Of a DNA stretch of 64,000 bases, positions 17,752 to 27,881 are shown piece after piece. The stretch covers positions 68,750-132,749 of the forward strand of contig DHYV01000014.1 of the NCBI GenBank assembly GCA_002414225.1, read 5' to 3'. This stretch comes from Desulfobulbaceae bacterium UBA5121 (lineage in GTDB: Bacteria > Desulfobacterota > Desulfobulbia > Desulfobulbales > UBA5123). Position 1 is the first letter of the stretch; every line of letters starts with the position of its first letter. A program made the translations under genes and the position numbers. Under the pieces are notes generated by a model. It was not told the origin of the DNA, did not search any database, and saw nothing but the letters and a program-made list of their open reading frames with translations.

Positions 17752-19014
17752 ATGTCGCTTGTCTTTAATGAAGCCGAGATTAATTTCCATCCCATCTTCG
17801 TGGCCCGGCAACCGATTTTCACCCATGAGGAAACGGTCTGGGGTTACGAGCTGCTCTTTCGTCACAGCGATCAGGTCAACGCCGCCACTGTTCCGGATCA
17901 GGTGGTGGCCACCGCCAAGGTGCTGGCCGATGGTTTCACCATGGCCACTCACAATCTGGCCCGGGATAAGAAGATTCTGATCAATTTCCCGCAACAGCTG
18001 CTTCTGGACGGGATCCCCCTGGCGCTGCCCAGCGAACTCTGCATCGTCGAGATCCTGGAGACGGTGGCTCCGGTGCCTGAGGTCATCGCCGCCTGCCGCA
18101 AGTTGAAGGAAGCCGGTTATATTCTGGCTCTGGACGACTTTGTCGGCGAGCCCGGCTTTGAGCCGTTTCTTGAGTTGGCGGATCTGGTCAAGGTGGACAT
18201 CCTCGGCCGGAAGGGGCCGGAGATCATCAAGATCGCCCAGGGATTACGGAACTACCCCTGTCGGCTGCTGGCCGAAAAGGTGGAGGACCGCGCCACCTAC
18301 CAGTTGACCCGGAGCCTGGGCTTTAGCTATTTTCAGGGCTATCTGTTCAGCAAGCCGGAGATGGTCCGGGGGCGGAAGATCTCCAGCAACAACGCCGCCA
18401 GGATCCCGTTGCTGCGGGAACTGGCCAACGAGGAGTACACGCTGGGCAAGCTGGCCCGGATCATCGGCCAGGATGTTTCCCTGAGCTACCGGCTTCTCCA
18501 GCACATCAACTCTTCCTTCTATGCCCTTCCCCAAAGGATTCAGTCCATTATCCAGGCGACCACCCTCATGGGCGGCAGGGCGTTGCGCCACTGGCTGATG
18601 GCCATCGTCCTCTCCGACCTGGACCAGGAGCCGCGCGGTCAGGAGCTGGTTTTCACCGCCGTCTGTCGCGCCCGTTTCCTGGAGCAGCTCGCCTGCCGGG
18701 CCAAGGCGATGCCCTATGGTGCGGCGACCATGTTCCTGCTCGGCCTCTTCTCAAACCTCGATGCCATCCTCGGGCTTGAGATGGCGGAGATCATGACCGG
18801 CATGCCGTTCTCCGAGGAGATCAAAGCGGCGCTCTGCGGCAGTCAAAATGACCCCCGGCAGTGGCTGGCCCTGGCCGCCGCCATCGAGATCGGTGACTGG
18901 CCGGCGGTGGAAAGCCTGCTCCTGTGCCATCGCCTCTCCCCGGCGACCGTCGCGCTGCTTCACAGCCGCGCCCAGACCTGGGCGCGGGATCTGTTGACCA
19001 CCTCCCGTAGCTGA
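17752..19014 (+). CDS. EAL-HDOD domain protein (YuxH/CdgJ-like)
   Basis: ARQPIF...GYELLFR, IVEILE, LALDDF, LLAEKVE, FQGYLFSKP, then HDOD (DVSLSYRLLQHINS). Confidence 0.9.
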   Translation: MSLVFNEAEINFHPIFVARQPIFTHEETVWGYELLFRHSDQVNAATVPDQVVATAKVLADGFTMATHNLARDKKILINFPQQLLLDGIPLALPSELCIVEILETVAPVPEVIAACRKLKEAGYILALDDFVGEPGFEPFLELADLVKVDILGRKGPEIIKIAQGLRNYPCRLLAEKVEDRATYQLTRSLGFSYFQGYLFSKPEMVRGRKISSNNAARIPLLRELANEEYTLGKLARIIGQDVSLSYRLLQHINSSFYALPQRIQSIIQATTLMGGRALRHWLMAIVLSDLDQEPRGQELVFTAVCRARFLEQLACRAKAMPYGAATMFLLGLFSNLDAILGLEMAEIMTGMPFSEEIKAALCGSQNDPRQWLALAAAIEIGDWPAVESLLLCHRLSPATVALLHSRAQTWARDLLTTSRS

Positions 19015-19062
19015 AGGTATCGCCGTCGAGCCGTGGCGGATCGGCGGGACAACCCGTCCTGG

Positions 19063-19659
19063 TCACTCCGCACCGTGGAGCCTGATGAGGAGCGGGGCGA
19101 TTTCGGCAAGCGGAAGGACGTGGTCGGCGCCCCCGGTGGCCAGGGCCGCCTCGGGCATGCCCCGGAAACTTGCCGTGGCGGGCGTCTGGACGATGGTGGT
19201 GCCGCCCATGGCCTTGACGGCGGCGAGCCCCCGGGCTCCGTCGGCATTGGCGCCGGTGAGAATCACCCCGATGAGGTTTTCCCGGAACACGTCGGCGGCG
19301 GATTCGAAGAGGACGTCCACCGAGGGACGGGAAAAGCTCACCGGGTCGTCCACCGCCAGCGCCAGGTGCAGGGTGTCGTCCACCAGCAGATGGTAGTTGG
19401 GGGGGGCCAGGTAGACGGTGCCGGGGATGATCGGCTCCATGTTGTCCGCCTCCTTGACGGGGAGGGAGCAGCGGTGGTTGAGGGCGCGGGCGAGCTGACT
19501 CTGGCGGTTCTTGTCGAGATGGATGACCACCAGCACCGGCCAGCTGAAGCTTGCCGGCAGCACGGCCAGCAGCCGCGACAGCGCCTCGACGCCACCCGCC
19601 GAGGTGCCGATGACCACGGCGTGGCGGGGCTGGGAAAGGTCGGGGCGGCGGTTGCTCAT
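19063..19659 (-). CDS. cheB: CheB methylesterase, catalytic domain only (no REC)
   Basis: VVIGTSAGG, VIHL, SRPSVDVLFESAA, LTGANADGARG catalytic Ser-His-Asp. Confidence 0.93.
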   Translation of the reverse strand: MSNRRPDLSQPRHAVVIGTSAGGVEALSRLLAVLPASFSWPVLVVIHLDKNRQSQLARALNHRCSLPVKEADNMEPIIPGTVYLAPPNYHLLVDDTLHLALAVDDPVSFSRPSVDVLFESAADVFRENLIGVILTGANADGARGLAAVKAMGGTTIVQTPATASFRGMPEAALATGGADHVLPLAEIAPLLIRLHGAE

Positions 19660-20501
19660 GGTTTCCTTTGGTAAATGCTGACCGCCGGCACGACCTCGAC
19701 CAAATCGTTGCCGGGGTCGGCGAAGTAGAGACTTTCCTTCATGCCGAGGCAGAGGTAGCCTCCCGGCGTCAAGCTCTCCCTGAACAGGTCCAGAACCCGG
19801 TTCTGGAGGTTGCGGTTGAAGTAGATCAGCACGTTGCGGCAGAGGATCAGGTCCATCTCGCCAAAGACCTGATCATGCACCAGATTGTGGTCGGAAAAGA
19901 GGATGTTGGCCAGGAGGTCCGGCCGGATGGTGGCCTCGCCATGGCTGATGTCCAGATAATCGGCAAGGCTCTGCTCGCCACCCACTGCCAGGTAGTTGGC
20001 GCTGTACTTCCGGAGGTCCTTGAAGGGAATCTCTCCCCGGCGCGCTCGCGCCAGCACTTCCCGGTTGATGTCGGTTGCGTAGAACTGGGTGCGTTGGTAA
20101 AGCCCCGCCTCCATGAACAGGATCGCCAGGGAAAAGACCTCTTCGCCGGATCCGCAGCCGGCGTGCCACACCTTGAGATGCCGGCGTCGGGCGAGTTCCG
20201 GAAACACCTGGCCCTTGAGGCCCTGGTAAAATTCCGGGTCGCGGAACATCTCGGTGACGTTGATGGAAAAATCGGTGAGGATGCGGGCGAAGAACTCGGG
20301 CTGGTGGATGATCCGGTGCTGGAGTTCGGCCAGGTTGGCGAGTCCTTCCTTTTGGAGCCGGAGCAGGAGCCTCCGCTGGATGGCGGCCCGGGAGTAGTCG
20401 CGGAAATCGTAGCCGTACTTGAGGTGGATGGCGTGCACGATGAGTTCGACTTCGATGCTCCGGTCGCTTCGTTCCATGGTGGACGTCATTCGAGTTGCCA
20501 T
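19656..20501 (-). CDS. cheR: CheR protein-glutamate O-methyltransferase
   Basis: YGYDFRDYS, INVTEMFRDP, KVWHAGCGSGEE, ATDIN, DLILCRNVLIYF; start ATG 20501, 20489 or 20477. Confidence 0.93.
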   Translation of the reverse strand: MATRMTSTMERSDRSIEVELIVHAIHLKYGYDFRDYSRAAIQRRLLLRLQKEGLANLAELQHRIIHQPEFFARILTDFSINVTEMFRDPEFYQGLKGQVFPELARRRHLKVWHAGCGSGEEVFSLAILFMEAGLYQRTQFYATDINREVLARARRGEIPFKDLRKYSANYLAVGGEQSLADYLDISHGEATIRPDLLANILFSDHNLVHDQVFGEMDLILCRNVLIYFNRNLQNRVLDLFRESLTPGGYLCLGMKESLYFADPGNDLVEVVPAVSIYQRKP

Positions 20502-20518
20502 CGGGCCGGCGGACGGCG

Positions 20519-23500
20519 TCAGTTGATCGTGCACCGGTTCCTCACCTCGTAAAGCCAGACCTGGAGGACGCCGAGCAAGCGGTCGCGGTCCACCGGCTTG
20601 GTGAGATACTCGTTGGCGCCGGCCGCGAGGCACCGTTCCCGCTCGTCCTTCATCACCTTGGCGGTGAGCACGATGATCGGCACGTCCCGCAGTTCCTTGA
20701 TGGCGCGGATCTGCCGGGTCGTCTCATAGCCGTCCATCTTGGGCATCATGATGTCCATGATCACCGCGTTGATCCGGCAGTTCGCCCGGAGCATTTCCAG
20801 GGCATCGCGACCGTTGTTGGCCACTTCCATCTCGATGCCGTGGGGTTCCAAGATCGCGGCCATGCTGTAGATGTTGCGCATGTCGTCGTCCACCACCAGG
20901 ATGGTCTTATCCGTCAGTTCCGGCCGCTGCTTTTCTGTTGGCGCATCGACCGGGGGCGGGTCGGCCATCGGTTCCGGGGGGATGGCGTCCGGGGGCGTTG
21001 CCGCCCCCGGCTCCGCTGGTTCCGCCGCCGTTTTCGCGGCAGACGGCTCCGGGGCGACCACCGGCAGCAGCAGGGTGAAGGTGGAGCCGCGGCCCTGCTC
21101 GCTTTCAAGCTCGATCATGCCGCCCATGAGCTTGGCGAACTCGGTGGAGATGGCGAGTCCCAGGCCGGTGCCGCCGTAGATGCGGCTGGTGGAGCCGTCC
21201 TCCTGCCGGAAGGCCTCGAAGATGATCTGCCGTTTGTCTTCGGCAATGCCGATGCCGGTGTCCTGCACCGCAAAGGCGATCAGGGCCGAGGCGGGGTATT
21301 TGTGGTGCCCGATGGCGGTTTCCCGGCGGGCGGGATGGATGCGGAGCTTCACCACCCCCTTTCCGGTGAACTTGATGGCGTTGCCCAGAAAATTGCGCAG
21401 GATCTGCTCCAGCCGTTGGCGGTCGGTGGCGAGCGCCGGGGTTTTTTCCGCTACCTCGATCTCCAGCTTCAGACCCTTTTGAGCGGCCAGGGGGGTGAAC
21501 ATCTTGCCAAGCGACTCGGCCACTTCGGCCGGGATTACCTCTTCGCGGGCGAGGGTCATCCGGCCCGCCTCCATCTTGCTGACATCGAGGATGTCGTTGA
21601 TCAGCCCGAGCAGCCCCTGGCCGGAGTCGTGAATGGTCTTCAGGTATTCCTGCTGTTTGGGCGAGAGCCGGTCGGTCGCACCTTCCAAAAGGGACTGCGA
21701 CAGCACCAGAATGCTGTTCATCGGAGTGCGCAGTTCGTGGCTCATGTTGGCCAGGAACTCCGACTTGTAGCGGTTGGTCTTTTCGAGTTCGGTCGCCTTC
21801 ACCTCCAGCAGCTTGCGCGCTTCCTCAAGGCGGGTGTTGTGCTCGGTGATTTCGTTGCGTTGTTCTTCGAGCATCCTGCCCCGTTCGCTCAATTCGCTGT
21901 TGGTGAGGCGAAGCTGTTCCTGCTGGGCCTCAAGCTCCGCGGTCTGGTTCTGCAGCTCCTCGGTCTGGTTGCGGAGTTCCTCGGACTGGTTCTGGAGCTT
22001 TTCCGCCTGCTCCTGGGTGTACTCGAGCAGCTCCCGGTTGCGGATCCTCGATTTGGCCGAGGCAACGGCGATGGCGATGCTTTCCGCCACCTGATCGAGG
22101 AATTCCTTCTGGCCGGCGCTGAACCGGTGCAGGGTGGCGAGTTCGATGACGCCCTCCACCTGACCGTTGGCAACCAGTGGCGTCAGCAGCAGGTGGCGTG
22201 GCCGCTCCTCGCCAAGCCCCGACTGGATGGGGGTGTACTCTTCGGAAACGTTTTCCAGCAGGATGGCTTTTTGTTCGACCAGCACCTGGCCCACCAGGCC
22301 ATCCCCGGGCTCGACGTCGGTGACGGTCCTTCCGTTGGACGGCAAGGCATAGCTCGCCACCACCGAAGCCGAGCCGTCCACATGGCCCAGGTAGAAGAGC
22401 CCCATCTGGACGTTGCAGTAACGGGCGAGGAATTCCAGTACCTTGTTGGCCAGTTCCTTGGGCTCCTGTTCCCCTCGCATCCGTTCGTTCAAGAGGGATT
22501 TGCCCTCGTCGAGCCAGCGTTTGGCGACGGTTTCCCGGTGGTAGCGCTGCAGCACGGTGGTCATGTCGTTCAAGGCCATGCCCAGCACGTCCTGATCGGT
22601 GAGGGGGACCACCGGGTCGATGATCGCCTCGTGGTCGCTGGCCACGATGGTTTCGGTGTTCTCGCATGACTGCATCAGGGTGGTGGCCCAGCGGCCGAGC
22701 AGGGAATGAAAGTTGGCGATGGTGCGGCCGATCTCGTCGCGTCGCGAGTCCCTGGCCCGCAAGGAGAGATCCCCGGTCCGTTCCACCTCTTCCATGAGTT
22801 CCGCCAGGGCGGCGAGGGGGTCGGCGATGAGGCGGGAGACGGTGCGGGAGAAGAGGGCGATTGCAAGCAGCAGCAGGCCGAAGCCCCCCGCCATCAGGGT
22901 GGCGAGCCGTTTGACCGGGGCGTAGGCTTCCCCGCGGTCGATTTCGCTCAAAATCGCCCACCGCACGTCCGGAATATGAAGGGGGCGGAAGGAGGAGAGC
23001 ACCTCAACTCCCCGGTAGTCCTTGAAAGAGGTTTCGCCGGTTTCTCCTGCCAGGGCACGTCGAGCGCCGGGGGTTCGCACCGGCTGGAGGCCGATGGTGG
23101 TGCCGAGGGCGGAGATTTCGCGTATGGTTTCCGGCTTGAGTCGTTTCCGATTACGCATCGCTTCGAGGTACCCTTCTCGGTCGGCGAGGAAGAAGCGCGA
23201 CTGGCTCCGCAGGGTTTCGTCAGCCCCTATCAGATAGGTTTCGCCGGTTACGCCAAGCCCCGCTTCCTGCCAGCGCTGGTGGTTGGTCATGATGTCGTTG
23301 ATCCGGTCAATGGGCAGTTCCAAGACCAGCACGCCGATCTTTTTTCCCTGGTCGAAGATGGGGGCCGAGATGAAGGCGGCCGGGGCGTTGTAGGCGGCGA
23401 AGAATGGCTGGAAGTCTTCCAGCCGCTGGAAATCCTTGCCGGCGGTGGTGGCGGCGCTGGCCTGAAAGGCCCGGGCGAAGTTGGTGGGGCGCAGGATGGG

Positions 23501-24166
23501 GTCGAGGATGCTTTTGCCGAAGTCTACTTCCTTGGACACCGAATAGACAATGGCGCCGGTTTCGAGATCGACCAGATGGATGTCGTGATAATGGAGTTTT
23601 TTCTGGATGTCCTGGAAAATCGGCTGAAATCTGGCGTGTACCCGGTCGTATTCGGAGTCGGCCGGTGAGCGCATCAGCAGATATTTCTCTCCCACCGGGT
23701 TGGGGTTGGCGGCGATATAGCGGTCCTGGAGCAGGATGGTGGCGGGGTTGGTCGGTTTGAACTCCTCGGAGTAGTAGATGGTGGTGGCGTGATCGTTGAG
23801 GCGGGGAAGGAATTTGTGTTCGTAGAACTGCTTGAGGTCGGGCCAGGCCGCGGCGACCTCGCCGGGATTTGTGGCCGCCTCCTTTTCGAGGTCGGTAAAG
23901 GCGCGGCGGAATTCCTTCATGGCCTGCAGAACCATGTAATCCTCGGCCAGAATGCCGGCTTGGCTGCGGATGGTCCGCATCTCGTCTTCGACATGGAGTG
24001 CCTTGGCCTCGCGGATGGCGGTGAGCTTGTTGAACGATTCCTCGCGGATGGTGCGGACGCCGATGGAGAGTCCCATGGCACCGATGGCGATCGAGGCGAG
24101 AAAGCCCACCAGCAGCAGGGCCAGGAATACTTTCCAGAACATCTTGCTGTCGCGGAGTTTTGTCAT
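20519..24166 (-). CDS. Hybrid sensor histidine kinase (TM, Cache-like periplasmic domain, TM, HAMP, GAF, methyl-accepting coiled coil, HisKA, HATPase, REC)
   Basis: FLANMSHELRTP H-box, GTGLGL G-box, LVVDDD...MDIMMP REC; start ATG 24166. Confidence 0.92.
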   Translation of the reverse strand: MTKLRDSKMFWKVFLALLLVGFLASIAIGAMGLSIGVRTIREESFNKLTAIREAKALHVEDEMRTIRSQAGILAEDYMVLQAMKEFRRAFTDLEKEAATNPGEVAAAWPDLKQFYEHKFLPRLNDHATTIYYSEEFKPTNPATILLQDRYIAANPNPVGEKYLLMRSPADSEYDRVHARFQPIFQDIQKKLHYHDIHLVDLETGAIVYSVSKEVDFGKSILDPILRPTNFARAFQASAATTAGKDFQRLEDFQPFFAAYNAPAAFISAPIFDQGKKIGVLVLELPIDRINDIMTNHQRWQEAGLGVTGETYLIGADETLRSQSRFFLADREGYLEAMRNRKRLKPETIREISALGTTIGLQPVRTPGARRALAGETGETSFKDYRGVEVLSSFRPLHIPDVRWAILSEIDRGEAYAPVKRLATLMAGGFGLLLLAIALFSRTVSRLIADPLAALAELMEEVERTGDLSLRARDSRRDEIGRTIANFHSLLGRWATTLMQSCENTETIVASDHEAIIDPVVPLTDQDVLGMALNDMTTVLQRYHRETVAKRWLDEGKSLLNERMRGEQEPKELANKVLEFLARYCNVQMGLFYLGHVDGSASVVASYALPSNGRTVTDVEPGDGLVGQVLVEQKAILLENVSEEYTPIQSGLGEERPRHLLLTPLVANGQVEGVIELATLHRFSAGQKEFLDQVAESIAIAVASAKSRIRNRELLEYTQEQAEKLQNQSEELRNQTEELQNQTAELEAQQEQLRLTNSELSERGRMLEEQRNEITEHNTRLEEARKLLEVKATELEKTNRYKSEFLANMSHELRTPMNSILVLSQSLLEGATDRLSPKQQEYLKTIHDSGQGLLGLINDILDVSKMEAGRMTLAREEVIPAEVAESLGKMFTPLAAQKGLKLEIEVAEKTPALATDRQRLEQILRNFLGNAIKFTGKGVVKLRIHPARRETAIGHHKYPASALIAFAVQDTGIGIAEDKRQIIFEAFRQEDGSTSRIYGGTGLGLAISTEFAKLMGGMIELESEQGRGSTFTLLLPVVAPEPSAAKTAAEPAEPGAATPPDAIPPEPMADPPPVDAPTEKQRPELTDKTILVVDDDMRNIYSMAAILEPHGIEMEVANNGRDALEMLRANCRINAVIMDIMMPKMDGYETTRQIRAIKELRDVPIIVLTAKVMKDERERCLAAGANEYLTKPVDRDRLLGVLQVWLYEVRNRCTIN

Positions 24167-24201
24167 CGGCGAAGCTCTTGGCCGGCAGCCGGCGATTCCT
24201 T

Positions 24202-26694
24202 TCAGTCGCGGTCGGTGAGGAATTTTGTGAAATCGTCGGGGGGGAGGGGTTTGCTGAACCAGTAGCCCTGAATCTCGTCGCAATCGTGGTCCCGCAGGAA
24301 GTCGACCTGGGCTTTGGTTTCGGCGCCTTCGGCGATCACTTTGAGATCGAGGCTCCTGGCCATCTTGATGATCGCGAGAACGATGGCGGCGTCCTCGGAA
24401 TCGTCGGCGAGGTCGCGGATGAACGACTGGTCGATCTTGAGGGTATCAATGGGCAGCCGTTTGAGGTAGGAGAGCGACGAGTAGCCGGTGCCGAAGTCGT
24501 CCACCGAGATGGTGAGCCCCAAGTTTTTGAGTTTGGTGAGGGTATCGATCACCTTCTCCATGTCGCCCATTACCATGCTTTCGGTGATTTCGAGTTCCAG
24601 GTTGGCGACCGGAAAGTCCGTCTCCGCCACCACGGCCGCGATGTCTTCGATGAGGGTCGGCGACTGGAACTGCCGGGTGGAGAGGTTCACCGAAACCTTG
24701 AGGTCGCGCCCCTGGGCGAGCCACAGCCTGGTTTGCCGGCAGGCATCTTTCAGGATCCAGATGCCCAGGGGGATGATCAGGCCGGTTTCCTCGGCCAGAG
24801 GGATGAAGTCGGACGGGCTGACGAATTCGTTGTCCGGCCGGCGCCAGCGCACCAGCGCCTCCATGCCCACCACGGCGCCGGTGACGGCGGCGATTTTGGG
24901 TTGATAGAGGAGGTAGAACTCCTGCCGTTCCACGCCGCGGCGCATCTCGTTTTCAAGCTGCAGCCGTCTGGCCGCCGCCTCGTCCATGGCCGGGGTGAAG
25001 AACTGGTACTGGTCGCGGCCCTTTTCCTTGGCCCGGTGCATGGCCATGGCGGCGTTTTTGAAAAGGGTTTCCGGATCGGTGCCGTCGACCGGGGCGATGG
25101 CGATGCCGAAGCTGGCGGTGACGTGCAGATCCTGCTTCTGGACGGCGAAGGGACGGAACAGCGATTCCGCCACCCTGGCGGTGAACCGGGCGATGTCCTG
25201 GGCCTTGTCGTGGCGGGGCAGGATGAGGGCGTATTCGTCGCCGCCCAGGCGGCTGAAACTGTGCCGGTCGGCGAGCAGCTCGCCCGCCCGTCCGGCCACT
25301 TCCTGCAGCAGCAGGTCGCCGGCGCCGGGGCCCAGGCTGTCGTTGACCTTCTTGAAGGAATCGATGCCCAGCAGGATCACCGCCAGTCCGGACGAACCGT
25401 TGTCCGTGGTGAGGGCCTGGCGGAGTCGGTCCATGAACAGGGTGCGGTTGGGCAGGCCGGTGAGGGCGTCGTGGTTGGCCTGGTAGCGCAGCGCCTCCTC
25501 GCCCCGCTTGATGTCGGATATGTCGGCGAAAATGCCGATGTAGTTCTGCACCCGGCCTTCGTGGCCGGTGACGGCGGTAATCGACAGACTCTGGGGGTAG
25601 GCGTCGCCGTTTTTGCGGCGGTTCCAGATTTCGCCGTGCCACGATCCCCTGTTGAGAAGTTCGTGCCACATTTGTTCGTAGAACCAGCGGTCGTGGTGGT
25701 TCGATTTGAGGATATTGGGCTTTCGGCCAACCGCCTCTTCCTCGGTGTAGCCGGTGATCTGGGTGAAGGCGGGGTTTATGGACTGGATGATCGCGTCCGG
25801 GTCGGTGACCAGAACCCCTTCGTGGGCGCTGTTGAGCACCTTCTCGATCAACTGGAGGCGGTTTTCCGCCTGCCGCCATTCGGTGATGTCGTGGACGGTG
25901 CTGAGCAGCATTTCCGGACGCTGGCCGGCGTCGGAAAAAATCTCGCCGATTTGCAGCACGATCCGTTCACCGCCGTCGGCGCGGACGATGCGGTGTTCGA
26001 TGGCGTAAGAGGCGGCGTCGACCAATGCCCGGTTGATCCTGGCCCGCAGCTTTTCCCGCTCGTCCGCCGGGACCATTTCCAGCAGTTGTTCGTGACTGGC
26101 CAGGGGAGTGGCCGGGTCGAGGCCGAACAGCCGGTAGATCTGTTCGGAGCAGGAAAATTCGTTGTCGCGCAGGTCAAGACACCAGTTGCCGAGCTTGGCG
26201 ACCTCCTGCGCCTTGGCGAGGGTCTGTCGGCTCTTCTGGAGTTTGCCCTTGGTGGCGGTGAGGTCGCGGACCATGCCGGCCAGTTGCTCGGCCTTGTCGG
26301 CCAGCTGCCGTTTGCCCCGGTCGAGCTGGAGAAAGACTTTGACCTTGCTGGTCAGGAGGTGGGGATCAAAGGGCTTGAAGATGTAATCCACCGCGCCGGA
26401 GTCGTACCCCTTGAATACATGTTTCTCCTCCTTGGAGATGGCGGTGACGAAGATGATCGGGATGTCCCGGGTTTTTTTTACCTTCTTGAGGTACCGGGCG
26501 GTCTCGAAGCCATCCATCTCGGGCATCTGGACGTCGAGGAGGATCAGGGCGAGGTCTTCGCGATAGGCGATTTCGAGGGCCTCCTTGCCGGAGTTGGCCG
26601 GCAGGATATCGACGGAGAGGACGTCGAGAACCGATTCCAGGCTTAGAATGTTGGCCGGCTGGTCGTCGACGATCAGAATTTTTTCTCGGCTCAT
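24202..26694 (-). CDS. Response regulator REC-PAS-PAS-GGDEF-EAL c-di-GMP enzyme
   Basis: ILIVDD...LLDVQMP, two PAS domains, RLGGDEY, MEALVRW, DDFGTGYSSLSYL. Confidence 0.93.
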   Translation of the reverse strand: MSREKILIVDDQPANILSLESVLDVLSVDILPANSGKEALEIAYREDLALILLDVQMPEMDGFETARYLKKVKKTRDIPIIFVTAISKEEKHVFKGYDSGAVDYIFKPFDPHLLTSKVKVFLQLDRGKRQLADKAEQLAGMVRDLTATKGKLQKSRQTLAKAQEVAKLGNWCLDLRDNEFSCSEQIYRLFGLDPATPLASHEQLLEMVPADEREKLRARINRALVDAASYAIEHRIVRADGGERIVLQIGEIFSDAGQRPEMLLSTVHDITEWRQAENRLQLIEKVLNSAHEGVLVTDPDAIIQSINPAFTQITGYTEEEAVGRKPNILKSNHHDRWFYEQMWHELLNRGSWHGEIWNRRKNGDAYPQSLSITAVTGHEGRVQNYIGIFADISDIKRGEEALRYQANHDALTGLPNRTLFMDRLRQALTTDNGSSGLAVILLGIDSFKKVNDSLGPGAGDLLLQEVAGRAGELLADRHSFSRLGGDEYALILPRHDKAQDIARFTARVAESLFRPFAVQKQDLHVTASFGIAIAPVDGTDPETLFKNAAMAMHRAKEKGRDQYQFFTPAMDEAAARRLQLENEMRRGVERQEFYLLYQPKIAAVTGAVVGMEALVRWRRPDNEFVSPSDFIPLAEETGLIIPLGIWILKDACRQTRLWLAQGRDLKVSVNLSTRQFQSPTLIEDIAAVVAETDFPVANLELEITESMVMGDMEKVIDTLTKLKNLGLTISVDDFGTGYSSLSYLKRLPIDTLKIDQSFIRDLADDSEDAAIVLAIIKMARSLDLKVIAEGAETKAQVDFLRDHDCDEIQGYWFSKPLPPDDFTKFLTDRD

Positions 26695-26879
26695 GGGTGG
26701 ACGGGGCTGTTGGGAGGAAAGGGGGGCCTGCCGGAAGCCGGAAATGGCTGGCGCCTGGACTTTTCTTAGAAAGTATCGCCCATTTTTCTGTCAAATAATA
26801 GCAGTAAGTTGATGGGCGGGATATTTTTTTGCGCTGAATCCGGTTGGCGGGCGGGAGGGGGTGGCGGGCCGGTTGGGGG

Positions 26880-27689
26880 TCAGGAGACGAGGTAGACGTC
26901 GAAGCGGTGGGTTTTGCCGACAATGGCCATGGTGGGCCGGGGGCCGGAAATTGCGGCGGCCTTGAGGGGGCGTTTCACCACCACTCGCTCGCCGGCCGTC
27001 GCGAGTGCTGCGGCGAGCAGGGCCGGGGCGTCGTCGTCGTCGCCCACCAGGAGGCGGAGCGCCCGCATCTCCTTTTTAACCAGGGCGCTTTTGGTGCGGT
27101 GCGGGTACATGGGGTCCAGGTACACCACCTCTGGCCGACCGGCCCCGGTCATCCCCAGGAGCAGCTGCCGGCTGTCGCCGGTGAGCAACTGCAGCCGGTC
27201 GCCGACCACGGATTCGATTTCCGGGTCGGCCATGGCCCGTCTGAGCCCGTCGGCCAGCAGGGCGGCGAGCACCGGGGAGCGCTCCATGAGGGTGACCCGG
27301 CAGCCCAGGCAGGCGAGGACGAAGCCGTCCCGGCCCAGGCCCGCGGTGGCGTCCACCACCGTGGGCGTCCGGTTGGCCTTTAGTCCCACGGCGCGGGCCA
27401 GGGGCTGGCTGCGGCCGCCGCCGTGGCGGCGCCGGAAGTCGAGCCGCCCGGCGCAGAAATCGACGAAGACCGGCCCCGGCGCCTTGAGGCCGGTCTGGCG
27501 CAGTTCGAGCCGCGCCGGGGTCACCACCAGCAGGAACGGCGGCAGGAACGGCAGTTCCGACGCTTCGGCGGCCACCACGGCAAGGCCCAGGGCGGTGGCC
27601 AGCCTCCTGGCCGCCGGCCAGCAGTCGGTGGCCCCGGCGGCGATGGTGACGGCCAGCGGCGGGATCGGTTCGGGGTGCGATGGATTCAT
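26880..27689 (-). CDS. rsmJ: 16S rRNA (guanine1516-N2) methyltransferase RsmJ-like
   Basis: VDATAGLGRDGFVLA, ERSPVLAALLADGLRR, VYLDPMYP, RVVVKRP; real start ATG 27689, not 28583. Confidence 0.87.
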   Translation of the reverse strand: MNPSHPEPIPPLAVTIAAGATDCWPAARRLATALGLAVVAAEASELPFLPPFLLVVTPARLELRQTGLKAPGPVFVDFCAGRLDFRRRHGGGRSQPLARAVGLKANRTPTVVDATAGLGRDGFVLACLGCRVTLMERSPVLAALLADGLRRAMADPEIESVVGDRLQLLTGDSRQLLLGMTGAGRPEVVYLDPMYPHRTKSALVKKEMRALRLLVGDDDDAPALLAAALATAGERVVVKRPLKAAAISGPRPTMAIVGKTHRFDVYLVS

Positions 27690-27881
27690 AAAGGGCCTGG
27701 GGGCGGCGCCGGGGCCGCCGAAGCTGGTGACGCCCGCCGTATCGTTCCGGACGTTGGCTGAAATTGCCCTGGCCCGCCCACGGAGCTTTTGCGGGGGACG
27801 AAAATTTCGGGTATAGTCGGAACCCGCAACAAGAGTACCCTTCGGGGACAGGCCCATCAAATCCAACCAGAGCTGACCATA

